A stretch of DNA of 64,000 nucleotides from Geosiphon pyriformis uo1 (Eukaryota > Fungi > Glomeromycota), in NCBI GenBank assembly GCA_016748015.1, contig JAAOMT010000201.1:515520-579519 (forward strand). Reading direction: 5' to 3'. This document shows positions 14,014 to 26,310 of the stretch, one piece after another. Each line of letters begins with the position of its first letter. The first letter of the stretch is position 1. The position numbers and the translations under genes were made by a program. The notes under the pieces are model-generated. The model searched no databases, had not been told where the DNA came from, and was given only the letters and a program-made list of their open reading frames with translations.

Positions 14014-17000
14014 AATATCTCACGGTTCCTAGTTTAAATGACTAGAATGACTGGTAAAATTCATTCACCATATCTACAGACTATCTTCAAGTTCTCAAAC
14101 ATAAAATTATTTCAAACTGTAGAACTTATAAATTTATTAAATCGATACTTGATATTGATTTATATAAAAATTTTATATTCCCTTTTATCATATATTTTGA
14201 GCTCAAGATTTTGTCATTAAGATTCATGTTTATACGTATATGAATATTTTTTTAAAATCACCAAATATTTGATTAAACCAGAAATATATATCAATTGCTT
14301 AAAAACTAGAATTCCTAAATACATGGAGCTCTTTTATCTCATTTATCTGGATGAATTTGATGAGCAAAGTTAGAAGAATTAATTTGGTAGAGTACCATAT
14401 TGATTTGAATAAAAAAGTCTTTAGAAATAATTTTCTCAATTAAAATTGATGGTAATTTGTAAATTGAAAAGATTCAGAAAAATTTCACTAGTGCTGATAT
14501 TAAAATATTTTGAATAAAATCTCCATCTGATAAAATTAGTTATAAACTGACTTCGTGACATAACAACCTTTGTAAGTTACACATTGGCCCATTGTAGCAT
14601 TAAAGTAAGTTCCATTATGTTTGTTAACTTTAGGGAACAGTTTTTTCCTATTGGCACAAAACTAAAAGTAAAAGAGGAAAAATCATTATATTTATCTTTA
14701 GGAAATCATCTAAACCTGGTGCAAAATTGATAAATATACATACTCCATTTTCATTTTTGAACCATGATTTTTTGCAAAAATACACATTGGTAGTTCCCTC
14801 TTCGAAAAAATATTCGGCTTGATGATGGACAAATGTATACTCAAGTCTGCACCTGGATTTGGCGCGCCAGGATCATCAGCTCGAGTAACACGAAATATTT
14901 GAAATGTCCTTTTATCATCGTCAAGAATTTGATCGATAATGGCACGAAAATCTTCGTGGTTGGCCGTAAGTATATACAGCAATGTCCTTTTTAGGATATC
15001 TTGCAAAATATGATAAAGATGCAAACATTGCGTAGACTAGAGGATGATAACTTTATTTTTTAATGATAAAAGTTTAAAGTTCTAAGTAAATTTAAACTTT
15101 GAGAACAAACCTCCACCCAATAAATCGAACATGAGCATACTGATTCGAAGCTGTCATTTCGCCAATCTTCCGAAAAAAGTCCTCTTGCTGCATGGACCAA
15201 TAAACCTTCCCCCCTTCCAAGTTTTTGTAAAAATATTACCTACTCTGGAGGTTTGGGATAGCCCATCTGATCGACTGTATAGTGCTTTATTAAACTATCG
15301 TATGACCTTTTGTCACTGGCAATTATAACTGCTATCTCTATATCATTTAAGCTTTCATTGACTGGTTTTAGAAATTAATCAATTAAATTAGCCTAGAATA
15401 TCTGATTAATATCTTTAAATCAAATAAATATGATATTAATAAAACTTACTACGATATTCTATTGATATGCGTCCAGAATTGCAGTATGCAGCATTCGCCA
15501 TGAGTGGATAATTTCCTAAATCTCGAACTTCCTTTGAATCATTTTTCAATAGAACTCGTTTCTTTTTAAAATTGTCGTACCATACATCCACAGTCTTCTT
15601 GAGTCCCCCAAAATTAAGTGCCACAGGTCCCATCTCATTTTCGGTAAAAGAGTTTTCTGAATCGAGGGAATTTCAAAGTTGTGGCAAAATTGATGACTGT
15701 ATTCGAAAATTGCATTCTCTAATTAAATTTATCAGATAACTTAGAACCTTACCTGCTATATTTGGTAAATTATCTTGCGAAAAAGAGACTTGGTTCAATT
15801 CATTGCTTCCATTTTCCACGGTTAATCTATCTTCAAGCTGTGTTAAATCTTGATTTTCCTTTCCTTCATCAACGAGGGAAGCCATGGTAGAAGGCATTAA
15901 CAAATTGTCGGATACAGTCTGCAGTTGCAAAGTGTTACTGAATTCTTGATTGAGTTGGTTGAAAAGTGATAGTGATGGTGTGAATGCAACATCATCAGGA
16001 ATTGCAGCATTGAACCCAAGTTGATTGTCGTAAGATTTAATAGTTCTGAAAGTGTACGAGTTTTTTAATCTTCACATGAAAATGCTTAAATTAATGAAAT
16101 ATGAAAGAGTTAGTTCATTCGTTTATGATCCAACCGTTATCAGTGTCCAATTCTTTTGGAAATTCAGTATCTGGCCCAAAAAAATAATTAACTGGAATAG
16201 CATTTTGTTCAAGATCATTAGCCAAATCTTCATAAATAGGCTTTGTTTGAACGTGCAAATTTCTTGAACTGGAAATAATAAAAATGAAAAAAAAATATTT
16301 GAAAAAATTGGGTTTCATTTTGATCATGATGAAAGTGATAAAGAATTTTTCTATTTAATTGAGATACAACAGCTTCAATAAAAATAAGAGTTACTATTAA
16401 GAGGGGAATTTTTTGGTCTCAAATATAAATTATTTCATGACGTTTTCGAAGATGAGATATGGAGATTCCAATATTAGTTTTCAATACAATAGAAAATTTA
16501 AACGTTCAACCATTTATAATTATTTTTGCTGACATTTCAGAATAATATTTTTTCTAATTGATAGTTAGGAGAAAAATTAATCGAAATAATCTTTGATCTA
16601 TCAAATATTCATCCGAATTTTTTTTGTTGATTGTTTAGGATTTCCTAGTCTACTTCATGCAGAATCAATCGGAATTTAATGGGCTACTGGCACAATCTCT
16701 TCACATAATTAGTATATCAAAAAAATTGAATAAAAATTGTGGAGCCTTTCTTAAAAGAAAATATTATAGATACTTTCATTAGTGCAACATTAGAGGATTG
16801 GCTCATGATGGACATGTATTTAGAAATTGCTACTCGGGAAAAAGTTGCTATTTATTTGACAAAACACCCTATGGAAATTTGTTAATAATATATATTTAGG
16901 GATCCATTCTTTTTATCCGTGATCCGAAAAAGGTGATCTTCAGTAATTTAAATGCATCAATCTTAACCACAACTATATTAAGTTGTTGCATAATATGATA

Positions 17001-17665
17001 ATTTTCAATGATATTTTAAATTACCTATTAAGTCAAAATGGCATTGCAAAGAAAATTTGAAACAATATTTCCATTGATATTTTCAACAAAGATTTACTTA
17101 TCAGCAGATTGGGTCAAATATTGAAAGATATCAAAATATATAAGTTCAATTAATATAAAAGTAATTTTTATAATTAATATACATCTTTTTTAAATTTACT
17201 GATTCTAATTAGTTGATTATAGAAAATAAATATGATATAAACGATTTTATAATATTTCATTTATATTAATATAAGATAATAAAATTTTATTTTATATTGT
17301 TATTGATCGAAAAAAATTTTGAAAACTTATTCTATTACAGAAAAATTATTAGTCTTTTCATTTCAATATTGCAAACATTTCGAACTCGCCTGGTTGAATA
17401 AGAATAATAAGATACAAATTGAATTAAAATAATTTTTGATCAAGGTTTATTGGTTCTCATTTTTTTTTTAGCATGCTGCATATTTTTATTTATTACCTTT
17501 TTATGTCGAAAAACCATATGCCTAAAGAAGATAATTACACTTTATATTAAATTGGAGAAAATATAAAAATCTCTTCTATTTACTCTTTAATAGAAAAAAA
17601 AATTCTAATTTCTAAAACTTCAAACATGTTTGGTAACAAATTCGAGTAATTAAAGATTGAAATCA
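14014..17665. repeat. Right arm of the inverted segmental duplication
   Basis: Reverse complement of ~250-4290 with substitutions and multiple small deletions. Confidence 0.9.
14536..16327 (-). pseudogene. Pseudogenised inverted copy of the 1933-3817 lipase-like gene
   Basis: Same start (MIKMKPNFFKYFFFIF) and intron positions. 1-nt frameshift at the start of exon 2 (~16035), 11-nt deletion removing the GHGVG motif (~15115), 11-nt deletion in PRMGN (~14955) and 36-nt deletion after the catalytic Asp (~14870). Confidence 0.9.
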
Positions 17666-17699
17666 GTTTATAAACTCATTATATTTTTCTTTAGGCGTA

Positions 17700-18250
17700 C
17701 ATGCTATCGTTCGGCAAATGGCAAATCATTAAAATAGCTATCAATCATAATTTTATTTAAATGGAAAAAAGATACAATGGGAAAATAGTTAAAACCTTAA
17801 CTATCGACAGATAAATTTCCACAAAGTAATACGAGAGATAAATAAAATCGCCATCATTCTTATTATTGTGAAAAAGTCATTTTCTTAATAGCGGTAAATA
17901 AATTCTTCCAATTCCGGGAATTAGAAAAGATCTTTGGACTGTTGATAAAGCTGAACATCCCGAGCAAGTTAATTCATTGGTACGTATGAAACAATAATAC
18001 GTAATAAAAATTGTACCACCAGAAAATGGAATTTCGTACTTTGCTGCACAACTTTTTTAAGCCTTGAAAAGAGCACAAATATATGTACATGTAAATATGA
18101 GATTGTTTCCAAAATTGGAGTCTCATTCGGAAATGCTTTTAAGAATAAAGTCAAAATCTCGGATAGGTTATTAATGAAATCAGCATTGAATATTGGGTAA
18201 CGAAAACTTAGTCGATCTCTTTGGATGTTTGAAATCATCGTTTAAACTAA
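17700..18250 (+). pseudogene. Possible highly eroded lipase-like relic
   Basis: Weak remnants in the expected order: PPENGISYFAAQL, TNICTCKYEIVSKI (compare TNIYARVTYKNDIVVNL in the 9.1 kb relic), IEYWV. Confidence 0.3.
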
Positions 18251-19921
18251 TTTTGTTTCTCGATTGAAAAAGCTTAAATATTTAATGGATTAAAGAATTG
18301 GGTATATATATTTCTCTCCTTGACTGGTTATTTTCATTGGTTTATTAATTATTTATTAAACGAAACTCAAGGAATATAACTTTGATTTTCATGTAATCGT
18401 TTAAAACTTTGCAAGATTAAAATTTTAACATTTGCCATAACAGTATAATTATACAGTAAGAAAAAACAATATTTATCCAAAAAAAAAACAATTATTATTA
18501 TTATTAAAAAAACACCTTAATTAGTAAAATTAAACTCTAAAAGTTTTCGAAAATCAACCTTTACATGAATCTTCTCTTTAATTTTTTATATATAAAACTT
18601 GGGAATTTGAAACCAAAATGAAAATGGATTATTAATTTTTTTCATCAACTTGATACAATATTATGTAAACAATATTACCCTTATCAGAATTTCAAAGAGA
18701 AACTCAAAAATTAAACAAGACACAAGATCGAAGATTTGATATTTAACAGAAGTTTAGAAGATATATATATGTATAAATTGAATTCCGGAAGTTTTAAAAA
18801 AAATCATAGATTACGGAGTATACAAATGAATTTGATAAATTTGAAACATGGTCGTACATTGATTTAATAAATAATCAAAAGCAGTATTCTTTCTTAGCAA
18901 GAAAGAAGAGAAAATTTTAGTAAATTAGAATTAATTTTTTTTTTGCCAAACGATAAAAAGTTTTTGCATTAAATATTAATCTTGCCTTCTTTTTTATAGA
19001 AATTTTATATTTTCATATTTCTCAAATAGAATACCGCAGTCATGTATTGGATTTTTCGAACTTTTTATATTTGAAAATTTATGTGACGAAATGAAGTAAA
19101 GTTTGCTTCTTAAAAAAAGTTTTAAAAACTCGATTGTCGTAATAGAATTTGTAATTTAAATATTCTATTTAACCACTCGATAAACTGTATATCATTGTTT
19201 TTAAGAGACTGTCCAATATTTGGATAGTTCTAGAATTAAATAATTATATGAAAAATCAATGATGCTTACATATTTTAAATCCTTTATTATTATTATTATT
19301 ATTATTATTAATCACGATAAGTAGCATATTATGGATATATTTAAAACATAACATAAATATTCAAAATTAATTTTATTCCTGTTATATTTACACGAATCTG
19401 CAATTTAAATTGAAAAGTTCTCTATAATTAAATTCAGCAAACAAATTGTCGAAAATGCATAATCTTTGTTCCTATTAGTATCCAATCTTTCAGTATAAAA
19501 ATCTAATATTAGCAAATAGATTGAATGCTAACTATGGTAATATCAAATTTAAAAAGTAATTCCATCATTTGTAAATCGGTTGAGAAGCTGTAAAGTTTAT
19601 TCAAAGCTTATCTAGTTACTCTTTATACGACATCATACATCATTAAACATGCATAATATGCCACAATTTCTCTTCTCAAAAAATTTTACCGGAAATTTTT
19701 CGTTTCTTGTTGCACTCATAATTCTGTACTCTATGAGTGTGGTACTTTAGCTTGTGATCACATTTGAAGAATTAGAACATAAAAAGAGCTGTAGTAAATT
19801 AGAAAGGATTATTGAAAACTCTGAAAGAAATCTCATGAAATACTTTAACCCCATAATTGAAAATTTAATTTAATTTACTTTTCCAACATCAAAAAAATTT
19901 ATTTCCAAGGTTGAAATCAAG

Positions 19922-20326
19922 ATGGAATCGTATTCAAGTCTGAGCAATATTAAAATGAAAGATGCAGTGGTAATAAATGAATCAGGAGAACTTTCGCTAG
20001 AGTTATATGGAATGTTAGTAATTGTATTATCGTCAACAATTAGTAATTCAACTGTAACAATGATGATTATTTGGATATTGAACCAAAAGACTTTAAGAGA
20101 TTTGGATAATCGATTGGTATTAAACTTGTTGGTCTCGGATTGGTTGCAAAGTTTCGGCTTTATGATGAGTTTGAATTGGATAGCACAAGGACAAATTGAT
20201 AATAACTCATTTTGTGGTCTTCAAGGAGTTATAATAAATATTAGTGACATTAGTTCGGGTATGAAAACATTCATTCGTTATAATTATTAGCAAGATGTTT
20301 TTGATTAAGCAATAATACCTTATACA

Positions 20327-20359
<33 letters not shown>

Positions 20360-21341
20360 GTTGTTGTTGTTGTTGTTACTATGATAGGTTTTTGGGCAAC
20401 AGCGATATGCCTTCAGACTTACCTAGCAGTGGTCCACGCCTATGAGCCAAAAAACTACCTCAAATTTTCAATGATAATCATATGGTCTTTGAGCTTTTTT
20501 CTCTCACTGCTTGGATTTGTGATTGGGAATCCAGGAGATCCTTTTTATAGGTCAGCAGGAGGAATGTGGTGTTGGATCGGCGAAAATTATGCTGGATATA
20601 GGATTGGTTTTCATTATGGAATTATAGTAATGCTAGCTTTTATCATGTCGATTTTATATGGGATCATGTTTTGGATGTTGTATCGTTATCGTGGAAGGTT
20701 GCAGGAAAAATCAGCAAACGGATTGAAGTTGCAACGAATGAAAAAGGCATTGATTTTATATCCCGTTATTTATCTGATCATAGTTTGCCCTTTGGCATCA
20801 GGTGAGCTTAAACTTTCAACTAGCTTTTATTTTATTTTACTTTCTTTTATTTTGTACTACTACAAAAAACTCCCACTAATATACGTATAATATCATTAAA
20901 AGAACGTTTTGTAGCAATATTTGGATTGCAAGTTAGCATGACATAGTAAGTCTACAGAGTTTTTATTTACAATTTCCCCTTATTTAAAATTCCTTTATTC
21001 CTCAGCTCACTAAATTTATTTCTAGTCACATAATAGCAGGAACCATCTTTACAGGAGCCGGTCTTCTTAATAGCCTGATATATGGATATACAAGATACTT
21101 GGCTTCCTCGAAACCCTTCCTAAAACATGTGCTTAAAAAAAACTCTGCATTATTTCAAAATGATTTAATAAGCGAACCCGTCTTATCATTAGACAACAAT
21201 CAGGCCTCCTCATTTTCTTATCAGGAATCTCGTTCACAGACTGACCTAAGTAGCGTGAATATTTTAGAGAATTCAGATCCGAGAATTGCGGGAGATGGAG
21301 GAAAGAATTCAAATTTATTAAATATTAATCTAAATGACTAG
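19922..21341 (+). CDS. 7-TM G-protein-coupled receptor, Git3/Gpr1 or cAMP-receptor-like (~369 aa, 4 exons)
   Basis: Exons 19922-20258, 20388-20801, 20903-20945 and 21026-21341 give 1110 nt in frame. Seven hydrophobic segments. Motifs LNLLVSDWLQSFG, FCGLQG, AICLQTY, WCWI, LYPVIY, GLLNSLIYG. Confidence 0.9.
20328..20378. repeat. Compound microsatellite (TTA)n(TTG)n in GPCR intron 1
   Basis: Directly visible, just upstream of the acceptor at 20387. Confidence 0.9.
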
Positions 21342-22498
21342 CTAGTTAAACATACAATTCCTTGTAAATACTAATTAAAATTAATATTAGAATTAAATAT
21401 TTTTCGACATTCGTAATTGGGAATACCTTTTAAGATTTAAAGTTACATATTTGATTAAAATTTTCAGGTTTATTCAAAATAAGAATCAAGAATAATGATC
21501 AATTTTGACTAAAAATTCATCAATATTATTTAAACTTTCATTATTCCAATTTGGCCAATACGCTAATAGTATAAAAACTGGGCTAGTGGGTGAACTAGTT
21601 TTTTTTTAGACATTTGATAATATTTGAACTTTAAACATTTCAAAACATTCAATAATAATAAGTTACAAATTAAATGAACATCCTGTAAAAATAATTTATT
21701 TAAACATTTTATTTTATCAAAATTTGGTTTAGGATTCTTTATTAAATATGGCTTTTTAGCAAAATAATTTCAAAAGAAAATTTTTACATTCATGAATAAA
21801 ATTTTGAATTTTAATTAAATTGATAAAAAAAGATCTTGAGATGGTTTTTGAAAAAGGGTATAAACTTTATTTTTTTAATCAATATTTCCATTCAGTATGA
21901 TAAATTATATGATTTTTTTGACATGAGTTGAAAATCATGTGAGAATTGCAATGTCAGGATCTTGTTTCAAAACTGTAATTAACTGGCATTAAACTTAATA
22001 AATTTTTATAAAAGCCGGAAAAATATTCTCGAAATGTGTGACTTGTATTCCAAGTTGTGGTTGTTTCACAAAGATAAGAAGGTAATTAATTTAAGGATTT
22101 GCAACCTGACTGTAAAAAATTTTATTTATATTTTTATTATAATTATTCTTAAATTATAAACATCTTTTCGGTGATCAGGTAAATATTTTTTATTTAAAAA
22201 AGCGACTCTATATTCCAAAACATCGCTTAAAAAACTATGAAATTCATCGAGTTTTAAAATAGTTGAAATCAATTATTATTGAATGAGTCTCTGGATAAAA
22301 TAATTGTAATTTTTAAATTTTATTTTGATTTTCTAGATGTTTATAAATAATTTTAAAATTTGTTACTTACTTGCAAGAAAATTTGCCCGATCTTTTTTGT
22401 GTGTTGATTCAAATTTTCACTACATTTATCCGAAATTAATCAGGATCTTTGGCATTTATATCATTCCCCTTAATCTGACAGCATTTACCGTCATTAGA

Positions 22499-23916
22499 AT
22501 GTTGAAATATTTTATCCATAATAAAAAATCTTTTAGAACACAAGAAATCCATTCCATTCTCTTTCTTTTATTGATATTAGCGATCCCTTTTTTATTTTTT
22601 CTAGTTATCAAAAATGTAAATAAATCTCAAGATATAGATAAAACAAAAAAATTTGTAAAATTCTTTCTTAACTATTCAAACTTGCTATCTCCTGAAGGGC
22701 CTATAAAGAAAGATAATAATTATTCTCTAAGGGCGGCAAAACGATCTAATGCCAAAAGAAAAACTCCTAACAAGCGATTATTTGAAAAAAAATGGATTGA
22801 ACGTCTGCACTTTGATGTTATAGCTCAATATGCAAACAAGCCTTATTGTGTTGATAGTGCGAAATTCGCAGTCGATTTACCTGAAATAAGTGGCAAATAA
22901 ATTTAACAGTGAATAAAATATTTCTTCCAAAAACCATTTAAAGTAATCGCTATGTTACTTATATATCTTTCTAGGGAATATTGAAAAAGGACCATCAATA
23001 TTTGATTTCTTTCACATTGTTGGTTACTTTCGAGGCAAGCAAATAAAAGATTTGATAAAAAAGATTGAGTTACCTCCTTTTTTATTCACTTTTTTGATTA
23101 TTTTAGGACCCGAAATCGGAAGAGAGCAAATGAAAGAACTTTCAGAAGTTGATACCAAAAGATTAACAAAAGGGGTTTGGGAGGTTAATTCTAAATGGGG
23201 AAATTTTTTAAGACTTACAATTCGTAAGGTTTTCTTTCAACAAATATTGCAGCTCATGAGACAAAAGAAACCTGAGACCCTAAATCATATTAACTTGATA
23301 GGGCATGGTGTTGGAGGAGGTTAGTAAAACTTTTTGATATCAAAAATCAGAATTTTAGCTCAATTCCATTTTAAATTGAATTTTAGTCTATGCTCAAATC
23401 TTGAGCATCTTATTGGATGATCATTTAAGCAATATTATGCCAGGGTCTACATATCACATCTCGATTTTTACATTTGGGTCACCAAGAGTCGGAAATTCTC
23501 AATTTGCAATGACCATAAATTTGAGTAATAAAATCACTCATTTTAGGTTCACTCACTCAAATGATTTTGCACCCCATTTCCCGGCAACTACTGGAAGAAA
23601 CTATTTACATTCTGAAGGAGAGCATTGGATTGTCCCAAAAAATTGTGATTGCCCATCTGACGAGGATTATACTCTTTATAACTGTCCAGGATATTCTCGT
23701 GATGATCTAGACTATTACGGAGAAAATTCGGTAGGTTTTTTTATAATTTCGATTGAATTTCTATAAGTATTCAAAATATTTTATTTAAAATTTATTTGCT
23801 TATATTTCGCTTAAAATACTTTTGAAAGAGATGCAATATTGGCACATTTCGGGCCTTATTTTTCAACTACAATAGGCAAGTGTGATAATTTTTATGATTG
23901 GGAGGTACATGCTTAA
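22499..23916 (+). CDS. Class-3 lipase-like protein (GHGVGG) with N-terminal signal anchor; last exon frameshifted (possible young pseudogene)
   Basis: Exons ~22499-22892 (or -22889), 22975-23034, 23107-23319, 23387-23730 and 23829 onward. Motifs: ILFLLLILAIPFLFFLVI, YANKPYC, VGYFRGP, LIGHGVGGVYA, FTFGSPRVGNSQFA, RFTHSNDFAPHFP, YLHSEGEHWI. The spliced frame stops at 23885; AHFGPYFSTTIGKC...* (stop 23916) is in another frame. Confidence 0.85.
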
Positions 23917-24639
23917 AATATACATCAAGATTTGGAAGTTTTCGCCACTTGCAAAACCATTTCAATTGAAGATCGGCATTATTTAAATTGGATATGTTAT
24001 CCAGAAAATATATACATACTTTTTATAAAAAAGTTCATGTGCCATTAAATATAAACATTTTTCATATTTAAATAATAAATTTACAATCAATTACCTTTTT
24101 GAGAATATTACTGAATTTATTTTAAGTATATTTTGGAAACTAATTGAAATGATTCGCTAATATTTGTGCCACTTATTAAATTCATAAATCGATTAATTCA
24201 TATTTGATCTAAAACTTGTTCACCTTTATTAACTTTCTTAAAATAAATTTAATATTCCAATCAGCTAGATATTTCATATGAATACTTCTAGAGATAGTGT
24301 ATGCCTATTTAGATTAACTATGAGTTATGAGTTGAACATATTAAAATAGTATTTAAAATTAAAAAAAAAGAATGGATAGAATTTTCTCTAAAACCTATCA
24401 AGAATAACAAAACTTGTTAATAAGTTATGGATTAAATGATTAAAACAAAAATTTGATCATTATGGAAAATTAAAAAACGCAACTCATCCTTAAAAAGATT
24501 TCTTAAATTTTTAAGAGCATTAAAAGAAGTTATGGTACAAAACGAGTTTTCAATATGAGGCAGATACTATGATATTTGAATAACTGCAAAGTCTGACAAA
24601 TTTCTGGTTGTAATTTTGAGAGTTTCTTGAAATCCAAGA

Positions 24640-25130
24640 AAAATAAATTTGCTGTTTTTGCTAAAAAAATCACTCATGACATGGAAGCTTTTGCTGGCTG
24701 ATTTAAAATTTTAATGGGTGAAAACGATGAAAATTTTTGATTTCCTTTTTGAAAGTTATCTATTATTTTATCACTTAAATATTAAAATAATACAAGTTTG
24801 ATATAAAATACAGGACCCAAACACTTTCTTAATTGTCGCCTTGAGTGTTGTAGTGAATACATTTGGAAATTTTACATTTTATTTTCTAAATTTTATCAAA
24901 TTTTATTTATCCACATTCTCATGATTATTCAGATTTTATACACTCAATGGAAAACCTTAAAATTAAAAGAACTTGTCCAGTAGCTGATGATTGCAACCAG
25001 TGGGAATTGTGTCAAAAAAAGAATCGCGGAAATGAGTGTTCGGCATGCAAGTTCTTATTTTTTGAAAAACTATTCAAGTGGCAACAAAGTCGTCGACTAG
25101 ATATTACAAAATCCAATTCATAAATCCAAA
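24640..25130 (+). pseudogene. Probable relic of the Cys/His HMG-like family
   Basis: ICCFC*KNHS (C-x6-H, as in KCSFVSKPHY at 45.2 kb), then PNTFLI / GPKHFLNCRLECC...W, then TCPVADDC. Many stops and frameshifts. Confidence 0.4.
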
Positions 25131-25414
25131 GTCCGAATATATCATTCTGAATGGATTCTATGAAAATATTTAAATAATTTTTCCGAAGATAGGGTCAGGG
25201 AGAATTCGTTACAGTTTACAAAGCAAGATGAATTAATGAAAATTGACTGGAGTATAATGCAATATGCAATATGAAATATAAAATAACAAAGAAACTTGGA
25301 GTCAGGAAAAGGAATCTAGAAAGTGTGCCCATCTTTCCAGAACAGTGATGAACTCTTTAGTGAAGTAATCGATTTTTATGGATAAATCTATGTTCACTAA
25401 GAGCGGGAGAGATT

Positions 25415-25570
25415 AAAATCTTTGACATGTTATTATACAAAAAGTCAATTGCCATAACAGAGGTTATAATAATTCTTATTTTGAACAAATGTGATTTTGT
25501 TTTATAAAAATATTTCTTTATCAAATGAAACGTTTGGCAATTATTTGAGATATGTTTCTAAAAATTAAAT
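25415..25570 (+). repeat. ~155 bp dispersed direct repeat (partner 4517-4680)
   Basis: Colinear alignment with 4517-4680, including a 7-nt indel between AAT repeats. Confidence 0.75.
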
Positions 25571-26310
25571 CACATGCTGCCTTAACTACTATTGTGGGTG
25601 AGGGCGATGAAGTGAAAAGAAATTTTTAAAATATAGAGAAATTAAAATATTACATCTATATAACCAAGAAAAAACTGGGAATCACATTAAAAAAAATGAT
25701 GAATTTTATTAAAAGAATCAAAATTCAAAATATATAAGCAAAGGTCAAAAATAGTTTTTTTGCACTAATTTTTCTGGTGTAGAATTATAAATGGTTGACA
25801 AAATATTCAATTAATATTTTTTAATAAATATTGTTTTATTATTTAAATCTAGTACTTGAATGTTCATTATAAATTTTTACTCGATTAAAATTGAAATACG
25901 AGTGAAAGTAACCACTAAAAACGAATAAAATAAAGACAAGTTGATGTAAAATTTTATTTTTTATGGTAAAAAATTGCCTTTAAAGTAAATTCCCAAAGCT
26001 GATTTTTTTAAAATATACAATGTATTAAAAGTTTATAAAATTATAATAAATGAAGTTTTTTGAAAAAAAATTATTGCAATTATGAATTATAAAAATTAAA
26101 TTAAAAAAACAGTTTCAATAAAAAAAATAAAAAAAATAAAACCTAATAAGTAATTTTATAGCATTACATTGACTATTTCAAGTTTTTTTCGACAGAAAAA
26201 TATTAACGATTTTCTGAATCTAATATTACCAGCCAATTTTAATTCATAAATTTACAACCTTTTGTTTGAAACATAAACCATATGCTGAATTGTTTTAAAT
26301 GCTCATGCTT

